64,000 bases of DNA from Dehalococcoidia bacterium (GCA_050011565.1 JBEKIW010000003.1:242383-306382), one strand, 5' to 3'. Counted from the stretch's first letter, positions 38,909 through 49,146 are shown. The notes: a model not told the origin generated them from the sequence alone. Numbers and translations are program-made.

Positions 38909-39946
38909 CTATCTCCTAACATGCAAGGTTGGCAGGTATTCTCTATAGTGACGCTTCCGGTACAGCCCGAATAGACCTTCAGGGAGAACTAGAAGCAGTA
39001 TAAGCAGTATGACAGGGAACAGAACCGGCGACATGTCCCCCGTGGTGCGTATTAGTATCATCTCCAGAAATGCGATGAAGTATCCTCCGACAATGCATCC
39101 ATATATCTGCATTCGGCCGCCTATCATTGTCACCATAAATACCTTCAGCATGAATGAGAGTGGCAGATAAGTTTGTCCGGAAAATGCTCCATAGTAGTGA
39201 GCATAGAACCAGCCTATTACGGAAATCATCCCCGCCGCCACAGTAAAACTGATTACTTTAACCTTATTAACGTTTACGCCAATGCTATTGGCAACTTCCT
39301 CATCATCGTTAATAGCCGCCATCTGTACGGCATATCTCGACCTGAGAACTTTATCAACTATAAACAGATAGATTAGCATGATAGCCAGCGAAATAAAGGC
39401 ATATATAAGCAGGTTCAACCTAAAAGAGCCCACGGACACAAGAGGTGCTATACCGGAAAGGCCGGTATCACCCTTGAACAGGTCTGAAAAAATAAAGGTG
39501 ACTTCCAGGAACAACAAGGGGAAAAGCAGTGTTAACAGGCTGTAGTACAACCCACCGGCTATTATGCTGAGAGGACTCATAATGAAACCAAATAACAGGC
39601 CGGCCAGAGGAGCCGCAAGCAGTGTCAAACCGGGGTTGAGACCGAAATGTATACTGAGCAAAGCAGCAGCGTAGCCTCCTATACCGATGTAAAACTGGGG
39701 CCCGAAATTCATTCGCCCCGTGCCGATAGTCATCAACGCCAAAGGAATGGCTATAGCGGCCAGCAGGTTAGCATCGATAACCGTAGACAGAAGTGGTGGA
39801 TATACGAAATATACCACCACCGGCACTACGATTAATATGCCGACGTATATTAAAGGATTCCGCCAATATCTGGGCTCAATTCCCCATTCCCACTTTCCAC
39901 CTCCGACACGAAATACCAGTCGGTCTCTCTTAACTTCTAATTCCAT
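38909..39946 (-). CDS. Branched-chain-type ABC permease (LivM-like)
   Basis: Multi-TM protein with GIGGY, GDTGLSGI and PEGL motifs; operon context. Confidence 0.88.
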   Translation of the reverse strand: MELEVKRDRLVFRVGGGKWEWGIEPRYWRNPLIYVGILIVVPVVVYFVYPPLLSTVIDANLLAAIAIPLALMTIGTGRMNFGPQFYIGIGGYAAALLSIHFGLNPGLTLLAAPLAGLLFGFIMSPLSIIAGGLYYSLLTLLFPLLFLEVTFIFSDLFKGDTGLSGIAPLVSVGSFRLNLLIYAFISLAIMLIYLFIVDKVLRSRYAVQMAAINDDEEVANSIGVNVNKVKVISFTVAAGMISVIGWFYAHYYGAFSGQTYLPLSFMLKVFMVTMIGGRMQIYGCIVGGYFIAFLEMILIRTTGDMSPVLFPVILLILLLVLPEGLFGLYRKRHYREYLPTLHVRR

Positions 39947-39951
39947 CTAAT

Positions 39952-40827
39952 TCACCACACAGTTTCACTTTTAGCTATTCCTTGCGGTCTAACAATCAGC
40001 ATTATCAAAACGACTATTAAGGCCGACAGGCCCATAAATTGAGGCTGAGCTATAACAAAGCCTACAACTGAGTGACAAAAGCCTATTATATAGCTGGCTA
40101 TAATGGTACCTTTGATGTTGCCCAGGCCGCCGAGTACACTTACTAAAATGGCGATTATCATATATCCCCAACCCATGGACGGTTCTACCGCCCAAATAGG
40201 AGCAATTGCCAGTGTAGCCAGTATCACAGGGATAAGCACCAGCACCATAATAAACATGAATACTCTCTCAACCTGTATGCCCATCAACCTGGCGCTATAT
40301 ATATCATAGGAAATAGCTCGCACAGCCAGGCCTAATTTAGTTTTTAAGAAGAAAAGGACAAATAGTCCCGTTACCACTATTCCCAGGATAGCCGCGAATA
40401 TCAGTTGGTTTGATACGGTTACGTGGCCAATCTTACTCAGCCCCGGTACCACGGTTGTCTCGAGGTAGATTCCAGTTTGTATAGGGTAGAAACGCAGCGC
40501 GCCCTGCTCCAGAATAATAGCCACGAATAGAAGCCCCAGTATAAGGATTTCCTCTTGTTTTATATAGCGCACGATTAGCCCCTTGTAGATGGCTATGGCG
40601 ATGCCGGCCTGGATTACTAACATGGCAGCTATAGAAGGAACCAGGCCCCAGTGAAATAAAGACATGAACATCCAGGTGAAATAAATCGTGGCTGTAAATA
40701 TGTACGCGTAGCCCAGGTGAAAGATTCTAAGTACGCCGCATATCAGGGAGAAACCTAACGAGACCAGAAGATAGAGGGAGCCCAACAGGAAGGTATAAAT
40801 AAGGGTTGTTTCTATTGCAACCAGCAC
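39952..40827 (-). CDS. Branched-chain-type ABC permease (LivH-like)
   Basis: GSLYLLVSLGFSLI, TKLGLAVRA, LGGLG, RPQG. Confidence 0.9.
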   Translation of the reverse strand: MLVAIETTLIYTFLLGSLYLLVSLGFSLICGVLRIFHLGYAYIFTATIYFTWMFMSLFHWGLVPSIAAMLVIQAGIAIAIYKGLIVRYIKQEEILILGLLFVAIILEQGALRFYPIQTGIYLETTVVPGLSKIGHVTVSNQLIFAAILGIVVTGLFVLFFLKTKLGLAVRAISYDIYSARLMGIQVERVFMFIMVLVLIPVILATLAIAPIWAVEPSMGWGYMIIAILVSVLGGLGNIKGTIIASYIIGFCHSVVGFVIAQPQFMGLSALIVVLIMLIVRPQGIAKSETVW

Positions 40828-41094
40828 ATTAACTCGCTTTCACCAGCAATTTTCCTGTGCTAAAGCCGCTGAACGGAAATGATAACAGGGGATTAAGCTT
40901 ATGTCAATGGTCGCATAAATCAACGCATACCGCATTTTGCGGCATTTAGTGTAGATTAAACATTACGATGAAATGTAAAGCCCTCTTTGTATTCTACCTA
41001 TCTCTCGGGTAAGACTATTTCAGGGCATCTTGAATAGGATAGCCTTATGACAGTATGAGCTTTTCGTAGTAGCGCTCAGAGATAGGAATCAGGA

Positions 41095-41211
41095 TTATTT
41101 GCGTTTTCTGTTGCAGAAGGAAAATTCAATTTTCTTACCGTTATGCTTCTTGTTCTTCTTATTTACATTCTCTACAAAAGTCTTAAGGTCGACAGCAGGT
41201 TTCTTACTCAC
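41095..41211 (-). CDS. Possible 38-aa Lys-rich small protein
   Basis: GTG start, MSKKPAVDLKTFVENVNKKNKKHNGKKIEFSFCNRKRK; AAGGA upstream; lies in an otherwise empty ~500 bp gap. Confidence 0.35.
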   Translation of the reverse strand: MSKKPAVDLKTFVENVNKKNKKHNGKKIEFSFCNRKRK

Positions 41212-41331
41212 TGAAATTCATTTCCTTTACTTTTTATACTTCGAAACCGTATTGTATCATCCATTTGGATATCACGGCAACTGCGTACGGACAAACGTCA
41301 AAGATTACGGTAGGAGGGACGAGAAAGTGGG

Positions 41332-42354
41332 CTATTTCTGCCTCTTGGTGGTAGAAACAAAAGGATGGCCTTTTCGTTCAAAATCAGGGACGTAATCTTC
41401 CGATGCTCCAATTTCCTGTATCCAACCATTTTCTATCCCTAAATCCGGTAGCAACTGGAGAACCATTTCATACTCAGCCGCTGAAATAGTTCGGGAAAGC
41501 AAAGGGATTTGTTGGGCCCGGTGCAGCGGTATGTACTGAGACATTATGCTAACTGTCACCGTGGAGGAAAGCTCCCGAGCTAGCCAGGTCAATGATTCAT
41601 CGCTGCCCGCCAACCCGTTGGGCAGAATAAGGTGACGCACAATTAATCCCTGTTGTGCCAGGCCAAACTCATCCACTGTCAGGTCCCCAACCTGCCGGTA
41701 CATTTCTTTAATAGCTTGGTGAGCGCGCTCTACATAATCCGGAGCATGCGAGAACTTCTTAGCCAGATCGTCAGAGGCATATCTTAAATCTGCCAGGTAA
41801 ATACTTATTATACCGTCAAGCTCTCTTAGAGAAGCCACAGAATCATAGCTACTGGTATTGTAGACTAATGGCACTCTAAGCCCCATAGGCACGGCTTCCA
41901 GGACAGTGCGCACCAGTTGGGGAACAAAGTGAGAAGGCGAAACAAAATTAATATTGTGACAGCCCAGTTCATCCTGAAGGCAAAGGATGCGTTCCGCCAA
42001 AGCATGGCAATCTATCTGCTTTGACTGTTGCTTCTTCCAATTCTGACTTATCTGATAGTTCTGGCAATAAACACACCTCATATTGCAATTGCCAAAGAAC
42101 ACTGTACCTGACCCCTTTGTTCCCGAAATAGCCGGTTCTTCGCCATGATGAGCGCAGGCCGTTGAGACGATGGGAAGACGACCCGAGCGGCAGTAACCGA
42201 GTTCGCCTTCTAACCGATTAATATGACATTCCCTGGGGCAGATATCACAGGAGGCTAACCGGGCTTCAAGGGCGTTAGCTCGCCGCTCCAATTCACCATT
42301 GTGGTACAGAGCAATATAACCTGGTTCAATAGATACCATAGACATCACTAACAA
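41332..42354 (-). CDS. Radical SAM protein (PflX-like)
   Basis: CDICPREC, HHGEEP, GSGTVFFGNCNMRCVYCQN, GCHNINFVSPSH, RHLILP. Confidence 0.9.
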   Translation of the reverse strand: MLVMSMVSIEPGYIALYHNGELERRANALEARLASCDICPRECHINRLEGELGYCRSGRLPIVSTACAHHGEEPAISGTKGSGTVFFGNCNMRCVYCQNYQISQNWKKQQSKQIDCHALAERILCLQDELGCHNINFVSPSHFVPQLVRTVLEAVPMGLRVPLVYNTSSYDSVASLRELDGIISIYLADLRYASDDLAKKFSHAPDYVERAHQAIKEMYRQVGDLTVDEFGLAQQGLIVRHLILPNGLAGSDESLTWLARELSSTVTVSIMSQYIPLHRAQQIPLLSRTISAAEYEMVLQLLPDLGIENGWIQEIGASEDYVPDFERKGHPFVSTTKRQK

Positions 42355-42558
42355 TATTGACGCAAACCGCCAATAGACACTTTAGGTTCATGAAGGGCGC
42401 TTGTCAAGTAAGCTCAAAAGCACAATTTGGCTGACTGTTCAATTACGTTGCCCAGCCTACTAGACCCGGAAACCATGGTGATAGTTAATCACCGTCCCTG
42501 CCGAATCATGCAGATGCAGTCCAGGCATTTACCGTACTTCTAAGAAACTCATCACCCA

Positions 42559-42587
42559 TTGACATTGTATAGAATATCTAGTATAAT
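42559..42587 (+). promoter_or_regulatory. Consensus sigma70 promoter
   Basis: Perfect TTGACA, 17 nt spacer, TATAAT. Confidence 0.75.
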
Positions 42588-42714
42588 ACATCTAGAAGTA
42601 AAGTTCTAGTAGTATTTATCCAGTAATGTTACACTTGAGATATTGCAAATAGGCCAGTAGTTTTGTCAATAGGATTTTGGGCGTTCAAATGTGAAGAAGG
42701 AGATTAATAAGTAA

Positions 42715-43038
42715 GTGAGAGAGTGGAGCCTGATTACAAATCATGGGCTTGTATTGGCTGCAATATCAAGGGATTCAAAGCAGACCATCAGAGAAATAGG
42801 TGATGCTGCTGGTATTACGGAGCGAACGGCATACGGGATTGTTGTAGATCTCGAGAAGGCAGGATATATCAAGAGAACCAAGGTTGGTACGCGTAACATG
42901 TACACGATAAACCCTGACATGCCGCTCGTGAGTACACTGAGCGATGCTTCCGTGGGAGACCTGCTTGCATTGTTTGTTGGCAGGCAACACCGGAAAGGAA
43001 CGAAGAGGATCAAGACCTTGCGAGAGGTCAATGTCTGA
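42715..43038 (+). CDS. Winged-helix DNA-binding protein
   Basis: WSLITNHG, TIREIG..AGITERT...DLEKAGYI.R.KVG.RN.Y. Confidence 0.85.
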   Translation: MREWSLITNHGLVLAAISRDSKQTIREIGDAAGITERTAYGIVVDLEKAGYIKRTKVGTRNMYTINPDMPLVSTLSDASVGDLLALFVGRQHRKGTKRIKTLREVNV

Positions 43039-43182
43039 CGTGGTATGCACCTTCTGAACACTGGTTCTTGACGAATCAGGGAATGGAATAGGCGTTACAC
43101 TTCAAGCAATCCTGTAAGAAGGGGCAAAAGGAAAGTATGTTTGTGAAGGGCTTAATGCATTAACAAACCTGAGGAGCAATCT

Positions 43183-44028
43183 ATGAACGACTATGGATAC
43201 ACTATCAACAGTGCAACATTGCCACGCGATGAAGAAAAATTCGTGGAAAGGAAGGAGATGAGATACCGATTGTCTCCTGTAGCAAATGGTATCAAGGTGA
43301 ACGGTAAAATCATGCTGCCGGCGAACGCCAGTGCCTCTAATCTCGTCCCCGGTGCGGTTCTATGCCATGGTTTTGGCGCAGACCAGAACGTTATGGAATC
43401 CAGTGCTCTGCTTCTGGTCAAGAAGGGAATAGCGACCATCGTCTTTGATTTGCGCGGTCACGGTTCGAGCGAAGGTTGCCTCGATGGCAACTTTGAAACA
43501 GATGTAATCGATGCCTGGCGGCTGCTTACCAGTTTACGTGAAGTCGATAGTTCACGGGTTGCCCTCATCGGGCACAGTCTTGGTGCCCTCTCATCAATTC
43601 TGGCTGCAAAAATAGTGAAGCCAAAAGCGATAGTGGCCTTATCATGCCCCTATGATATAAATGGAAGGGGGCTTAAGGATCCTTCTCATAAGGTTTTCCC
43701 TTTGGTTAGGTGGGCGGTTACTGTTATTTGGAGGTTTGCCATATTGTTCACGGGCCAAAAAGTAAAAGTGAATTGGAAAAAGTTCCTTGAATCATGGTCG
43801 CAGGTGAAGCTGTCTTCAGCACTAGCGGAGCTTGGTGAATGTGACAAGCTCTTTGTTTTCAGCGAAGACGACAGGCTAACCCCGTACAAGAAGTTCGCCC
43901 AAATCTACGAGAAAGCCCCCGGGCCAAAGCAAAAAATGTTGACCAGAGGGTCTCATTCAACACCGGTCGAAGCGGAGATTCTTCGCTTCGAATGGGTTGG
44001 CTGGGTTGTCTCAGCTTTAACTGTCTGA
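43183..44028 (+). CDS. Alpha/beta hydrolase
   Basis: CHGFG, DLRGHGSS, GHSLG nucleophile elbow, Asp/His near the C-terminus. Confidence 0.88.
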   Translation: MNDYGYTINSATLPRDEEKFVERKEMRYRLSPVANGIKVNGKIMLPANASASNLVPGAVLCHGFGADQNVMESSALLLVKKGIATIVFDLRGHGSSEGCLDGNFETDVIDAWRLLTSLREVDSSRVALIGHSLGALSSILAAKIVKPKAIVALSCPYDINGRGLKDPSHKVFPLVRWAVTVIWRFAILFTGQKVKVNWKKFLESWSQVKLSSALAELGECDKLFVFSEDDRLTPYKKFAQIYEKAPGPKQKMLTRGSHSTPVEAEILRFEWVGWVVSALTV

Positions 44029-44164
44029 AAGTCTGCTGACCTGATCCAATAATTACACCGCTTTCTAAGTTAGAGGCACTTATCGTTTCCGTGTCCGGCT
44101 GAATGAGTTCCTGGCTGCCTTCCCGCCAAAATAGCAAAGTGCTAGCCTGCAAGTATACCGATTG

Positions 44165-45160
44165 TCATTTCACTCGTAAGCAAGCTTTGACAGTATCTTT
44201 AAAAGCTTTTTGTAGATTCCCCCTACCATAGCCAAGTTCTTTAACTGCTGGTGATGGATCAAAAAATGTATTTCTTGTTTGAATTGCTGCAAACTTAACA
44301 GGATCAAGTCCACCTTCTTCACCACGAAGTTTGTGCCGCAATTTTATTATTCTCAGGATAAGTCGGACCACAAAGGTCGGTAGTATTATTATCTTCTTTT
44401 TCTTGCCAAGTATATTCAATATTTTTTCTATGAATTCAACCCATGTAAGGTTTTCATCTCCAATTGTATAATGTTCTCCACCCCTTCCAGTTTCGATGGC
44501 TCCCACGATAGCTTGACCAACATGTTCAACAGCGATCATATTAGTCCCCCCTTTCATATAGAAAAGAGGGTAACGAGAATTGATATATTCTATTAGAGGT
44601 TTCCACAACGGTGTTCGACCAGGCATGCTACCAAAAATATAGGGCAACTCGAGAATCACCAACTGAAGATCTGGCATAGCAGCGTCCATAGACCTCCGAG
44701 CTTGTTCCTTTCTGGATCTTATGTAAGAATGATATTCTGATAGCTTTTCATTTGGCCAAACACGATCGAAGTACAAGAAATATGAACTCAAAATAACACC
44801 ACGCTTTATACCTGATTGGCGAGCAAGCGATATAATTCTCTCACAGGATCGAACATTAGCCTGATAGAAAAACTCATATGCTGGAGCTTTGGGGATAACC
44901 CGGTCATCGGCTCCAGCAGCGAAAACTATTGCGTCGTGACCTTTTAGGATATCCATGATGTTACTATCGTCTAGTTCATCGATATTTACCAGGACAACAT
45001 TTACATCTTTTGGGAACAGGCCTTCTTCAGGCAATGGTGGGAGAGCGATTACGGTGACACTATGTTCTCGATAGATAAATTCTTTAACCGCGCAATATCC
45101 AAGGAAACCAGTCCCACCAATAACTACCACCTTTTGCTTTTGATGAGACTTTTCGACCAT
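44165..45160 (-). CDS. NAD-dependent epimerase/dehydratase family protein
   Basis: IGGTGFLG, FAAGAD, YIRSR. Confidence 0.85.
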   Translation of the reverse strand: MVEKSHQKQKVVVIGGTGFLGYCAVKEFIYREHSVTVIALPPLPEEGLFPKDVNVVLVNIDELDDSNIMDILKGHDAIVFAAGADDRVIPKAPAYEFFYQANVRSCERIISLARQSGIKRGVILSSYFLYFDRVWPNEKLSEYHSYIRSRKEQARRSMDAAMPDLQLVILELPYIFGSMPGRTPLWKPLIEYINSRYPLFYMKGGTNMIAVEHVGQAIVGAIETGRGGEHYTIGDENLTWVEFIEKILNILGKKKKIIILPTFVVRLILRIIKLRHKLRGEEGGLDPVKFAAIQTRNTFFDPSPAVKELGYGRGNLQKAFKDTVKACLRVK

Positions 45161-45294
45161 ATGATTATCTCTTAAAAGTTATGGCTAACAGTATAACAGT
45201 GAAAGGTTTCTTAGATGAATTACGAAGTAACAAAATGGTTGATTGTTCAACCTTTTGCATAGCAACAAGCTCGTAGTTGAGGCCGCATGTTTGA

Positions 45295-45870
45295 TTATCC
45301 TTCCTCATCACTACTATTGTTCTTCCACGGGCTTAATCTCGGGATCCATCGAGGCACATTATTCCTATAACGAAGGTATTCATCGCCAAAGCGTTTAACT
45401 AACCCCGGTTCTTCCGAAAGTATGAAATAAACATGATTTGTAACAAAACACAAGATAAACCAACTCAATATTGCGATAGAACCGAACACAATCGATTCTC
45501 CAAGTAGCGCAATTAACACGCCTGAAATCATCGGGTTTCGAACGTAGCGATATGGCCCGATAACCACAAGTTTCTTTGTCGGTGCCCACGGAGCCAGGGT
45601 TCCTTTACCGACCTTCATAAAAAGCATAATAGTAGCTATCAGCAAATATAAACCGGCCATGACGGTAATAAACCCAATACAAACTACAAGTGCGTCGTAA
45701 GGTAATCCCAGTCCCCAACCGAATCTAAAACCTTTTGTGCCAACAATAACCAATAATGGGATAACCACTAATACTGTGAACGGTAAGACGAAAGACCTAA
45801 TTTGGGAGGCTGTATTCTGGTGCATTTTTACAATGTTGTCTAGTTGCATTATATAGCAAATGCCCTTCAA
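45295..45870 (-). CDS. ICMT/PEMT-family membrane methyltransferase
   Basis: GKGTLAPW..TKKLVVIGPYRYVRNPM, EEPGL..RFG.EY..Y...VPRW. Confidence 0.85.
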   Translation of the reverse strand: MKGICYIMQLDNIVKMHQNTASQIRSFVLPFTVLVVIPLLVIVGTKGFRFGWGLGLPYDALVVCIGFITVMAGLYLLIATIMLFMKVGKGTLAPWAPTKKLVVIGPYRYVRNPMISGVLIALLGESIVFGSIAILSWFILCFVTNHVYFILSEEPGLVKRFGDEYLRYRNNVPRWIPRLSPWKNNSSDEEG

Positions 45871-46002
45871 TGAAATATATTGCTTCAGCTTTGCCCAAAG
45901 ATTGAAGAACTATCAGATTGCACTTATTGACGAAATGTGTCTTTTAAATACGATGTTGATATTGATGGTTGTGCCGCGTTACACTAGCCGTTATCAATAA
46001 CC

Positions 46003-46650
46003 GTGAGAAATAATGTGATCAAATTGTTCAAGAAAGAACTGCGGGGTATCGCCTCCTTTTTCAGGAGAAACTACCGTGAGATAGTCGTAATCGGTTTAGC
46101 CACTCTTTTTCTCACCGTCGCCGGATATCATCCGATCGGGCCACCATGGGTTAGCTCTCTAATATATTTTGCAGTATTGCCCATTATAACTATTACGGTT
46201 ATTTTGCGAAGAAATCCCCTGGATTTTGGTCTGAGGTTAGGTAACTTCAAGGTATGGGGTTTTTATGTCATCGCCACACTAATAGTTGCGCTTCCCATAC
46301 TTTATGTAGCCTCTCGTAGCTCTCTCCTGGCAAATTATTACACTCTACGGCAATTCGATGTGGTCAAATACTCTCTCGAGACGACTGCATATTTGTTAGC
46401 CTGGGAATTTTTATTTCGAGGCTTTCTCCTCTTCGGGCTAAAGGAGAAATTAAAGGAGAGCAGCATACTGGTTCAAATGGTCCCGTTTGTACTTGTTCAT
46501 TTCGGGAAGCCGGAGATAGAAACAATAAGCACCATATTAACGGGAATCTATTTTGGCTATGTCGCATATCGCGGAAATTCCTATTGGCCAGCTTTTATTA
46601 TTCACCTGTTTATCAATATTATCTTTCTAATTTTCGTGAATATTTTCTGA
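46003..46650 (+). CDS. CPBP (Abi/Rce1-like CAAX) intramembrane protease
   Basis: WEFLFRG, FVLVH, IIHLFIN motifs; multi-TM. Confidence 0.85.
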   Translation: MRNNVIKLFKKELRGIASFFRRNYREIVVIGLATLFLTVAGYHPIGPPWVSSLIYFAVLPIITITVILRRNPLDFGLRLGNFKVWGFYVIATLIVALPILYVASRSSLLANYYTLRQFDVVKYSLETTAYLLAWEFLFRGFLLFGLKEKLKESSILVQMVPFVLVHFGKPEIETISTILTGIYFGYVAYRGNSYWPAFIIHLFINIIFLIFVNIF

Positions 46651-46660
46651 GGCAACCCGC

Positions 46661-46700
46661 TCATTCTGAGCCTGTCGAAGAATGTACCCTCGCGATGACA
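46661..46700. repeat. REP-like remnants
   Basis: TCATTCTGAGCCTGTCGAAGAA followed by CTCGCGATGACA (family A end). Confidence 0.45.
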
Positions 46701-46718
46701 AAATAATTGGTCAAGAAA

Positions 46719-47879
46719 TTATCTTTTTAATATGGTAACGACAGCATTTGGGCCGGCACCGCTGCTGTGACATAGCCCAATCTTAGCCCCCTGAACTTGC
46801 CTGGGACCGGCAAGTTCCCGTAGTTGATTAACTATCTCAATAATCTGCCGCCCGCCGGTAGCTCCCAGCGGATGTCCGCAGCCCACAAGGCCGCCGCCTG
46901 TATTTGCCGGGAGCTTTCCTCCTATCTCAAAATAGCCCTCTCTCAGCAGGTGAGGGGCCTCTCCCGGTTGGCAAAAACCCAGGTCCTCGACATCCGACAG
47001 AAATGCGGGCGCCATGGCTTCGTAAGCCTCGATTACATCCATGTCCTCCGGACCGTAGCCTGAGATTTCCCAGGCTTGCCTGGCTGCTTCCTTGGTCAGA
47101 TTGGTGGTCGACTTAAACTTGATGCTTTCCCCTCCGTAAAATCCGGTAGTATGAACGGCGGCAGCTACTTCAATCTTCTTCTCCTTTGAAATACGTGACT
47201 TAAGCTTGTCACCGCTGCACAAGATAATAGCCACCGCTCCGTCTACCATCGCGGCAGCGTGCAACAGGCGTACCGGCGCGGCAATTACACGAGAGTTAAG
47301 AACCTCTTCGATGGTAACCTCCCCGCCCTGATACCATCTGGCGTACGGATTCAGATTGGCATTCTTGCGCTCCATCACGACTACCCGGGCAAAATCCTCT
47401 TCGGTGGCTCCATAATCTGCCATATACCTCACCACCCCTTGAGCATAGTTTGCCGGCTGGATATTAAACCCCAAAGCCAGTTCCCATGGTTTAAAGGCAG
47501 TGCTGGCTAGCAGACCTCGGCCCATCTTCTCAAAGCCAAGTGCAATTACGATATCATATAACTCAGTAGCCACCATCTGGTAGCCTAGCCTGAACGCCGC
47601 TGATGAACTGGAGCAAGCCTGCTCGATATTGATAATCGGTATGCCGGTTAGACCCACCTCGGCAATGACCTGATGACCTTTGCCTGTCCCGGCGTAGACA
47701 TTGCCGCAGAATGCCGACTGGATATCTTTCCATTCCATCTCCGCATCTTCCAGGCAATTCAGTATTGCCTGACTTCCAAAATCGTAATATTCCTGGTCAT
47801 CGTATCTCTGAAACCTGACTATACCAATCCCACCTATGTAAACCTTGCGCAAGGCTTGCAATTCTTTTATCGACTTCAT
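46719..47879 (-). CDS. SCP2-type thiolase
   Basis: NIEQACSS, DGAVA, GCGHPLGATG, RQVQGA. Confidence 0.9.
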   Translation of the reverse strand: MKSIKELQALRKVYIGGIGIVRFQRYDDQEYYDFGSQAILNCLEDAEMEWKDIQSAFCGNVYAGTGKGHQVIAEVGLTGIPIINIEQACSSSSAAFRLGYQMVATELYDIVIALGFEKMGRGLLASTAFKPWELALGFNIQPANYAQGVVRYMADYGATEEDFARVVVMERKNANLNPYARWYQGGEVTIEEVLNSRVIAAPVRLLHAAAMVDGAVAIILCSGDKLKSRISKEKKIEVAAAVHTTGFYGGESIKFKSTTNLTKEAARQAWEISGYGPEDMDVIEAYEAMAPAFLSDVEDLGFCQPGEAPHLLREGYFEIGGKLPANTGGGLVGCGHPLGATGGRQIIEIVNQLRELAGPRQVQGAKIGLCHSSGAGPNAVVTILKR

Positions 47880-47899
47880 GGCATTAAACCTCTTTTTTA

Positions 47900-48340
47900 C
47901 TATTCCTTAACCGGCTTAAATTTATGAGCCATAACCTCATTGCCTTGCTCATCCTCACCTAACTTCTCGATAACCAATTCCACGGGCATGCCTATTTTAA
48001 GGTCTTTGAAATCACAGCCTGTGAAGTGAGCCAGTACCCTGACCTCCGGTAAGGCTATTATGCCGTAAGCGTAAGGTACCTTCCCCACAAAGAACTGCGT
48101 TGGCTGCTGCATGATAACACTGAAGCTGTGAATCTTTCCTGTCCGGCTCAGCTTGCAGTCCTCCAGACCCCGGTGCTGGCAGTGAATGCAAATCCCCCTT
48201 TCCCTTTTGGGGAAGAAGACCTCTCCGCAAGCAGGACAGCGGCTGCCAATCAACTGCGGCTTCTCATCAGGAGATGATGGAGTGGTCCACAGCCCGGGCC
48301 TCACCGGCACCTGTTTTTTCTCATCATCCGTCATTGTCAT
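47900..48340 (-). CDS. DUF35 Zn-ribbon/OB-fold thiolase partner
   Basis: GSRCPACGEVFFP...CIHC, GKIHSFS, VPY, IGMPVE. Confidence 0.92.
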   Translation of the reverse strand: MTMTDDEKKQVPVRPGLWTTPSSPDEKPQLIGSRCPACGEVFFPKRERGICIHCQHRGLEDCKLSRTGKIHSFSVIMQQPTQFFVGKVPYAYGIIALPEVRVLAHFTGCDFKDLKIGMPVELVIEKLGEDEQGNEVMAHKFKPVKE

Positions 48341-48345
48341 ATTCC

Positions 48346-49125
48346 TTATCCTACTTTAAATACCGGCCTTCGCTTTTCTCTGAAGGCTCTGCGTCCTTCT
48401 TCCATGTTTTCCCTGGCCAGCGGTGTAGACATCTCTTGAGCCGCGATGTCGACATCCAGTTTCAGGGCAGATTGGAGGTCCATCTGCATGCCCTCGTTGA
48501 CACATCTCTTGGCTATCTTTAAACCATGGGGCGGCATGTCCAGCATTGCGTCAGCCATTTTCCTGGCTTCGTCCATCAATGACACCACAGGAACAACTTT
48601 ATTAACCAGGCCAATGCGGTAAGCTTCCTTAGCATCAATTCGCTCAGCTAGATAGAGCATCTCCTTGGCCCTGGTTATGCCTACTATCCTTGGGAGCCTC
48701 TGCATTCCCCCCGCCCCCGGAACTACTCCTACCTTTAGCTCAACCAGCCCAAATTGAGCAGTCTCGGAGGTTATGCGCAGGTCACAGCACAGGGCTAACT
48801 CAAGGCCGCCACCCAGGCAATAGCCGCTTATGGCAGCAATGGAAGGCCTATCAAAATCCTCGATCTTCTTAAACTGGTCCCGCGAGCTGGGACGGGTCAC
48901 CCCGGGCGGAAACTGTTCCCTAATATCAGCTCCGGCGCTGAAGCACTTTTCCCCTCCGGTAATAATTATTACCCTGATACTCCTGTCCTGCTCAATGTTG
49001 TCCCATACCTCCTTCATCTCCGCCTGCATTCTGGTGTTGACACTGTTCAGGCTCTCGGGTCTATTCAGCGTGATAGTGGCAATACCGTCGCCTTTTTCGT
49101 AGAGCAGAGTCTTAAATGCCATCAC
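48346..49125 (-). CDS. Enoyl-CoA hydratase
   Basis: FSAGADI, GGGLELAL, VELKVGVVPGAGG (both catalytic Glu present). Confidence 0.93.
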   Translation of the reverse strand: MMAFKTLLYEKGDGIATITLNRPESLNSVNTRMQAEMKEVWDNIEQDRSIRVIIITGGEKCFSAGADIREQFPPGVTRPSSRDQFKKIEDFDRPSIAAISGYCLGGGLELALCCDLRITSETAQFGLVELKVGVVPGAGGMQRLPRIVGITRAKEMLYLAERIDAKEAYRIGLVNKVVPVVSLMDEARKMADAMLDMPPHGLKIAKRCVNEGMQMDLQSALKLDVDIAAQEMSTPLARENMEEGRRAFREKRRPVFKVG

Positions 49126-49146
49126 TAATTCCTCCTCGAAACGTGC

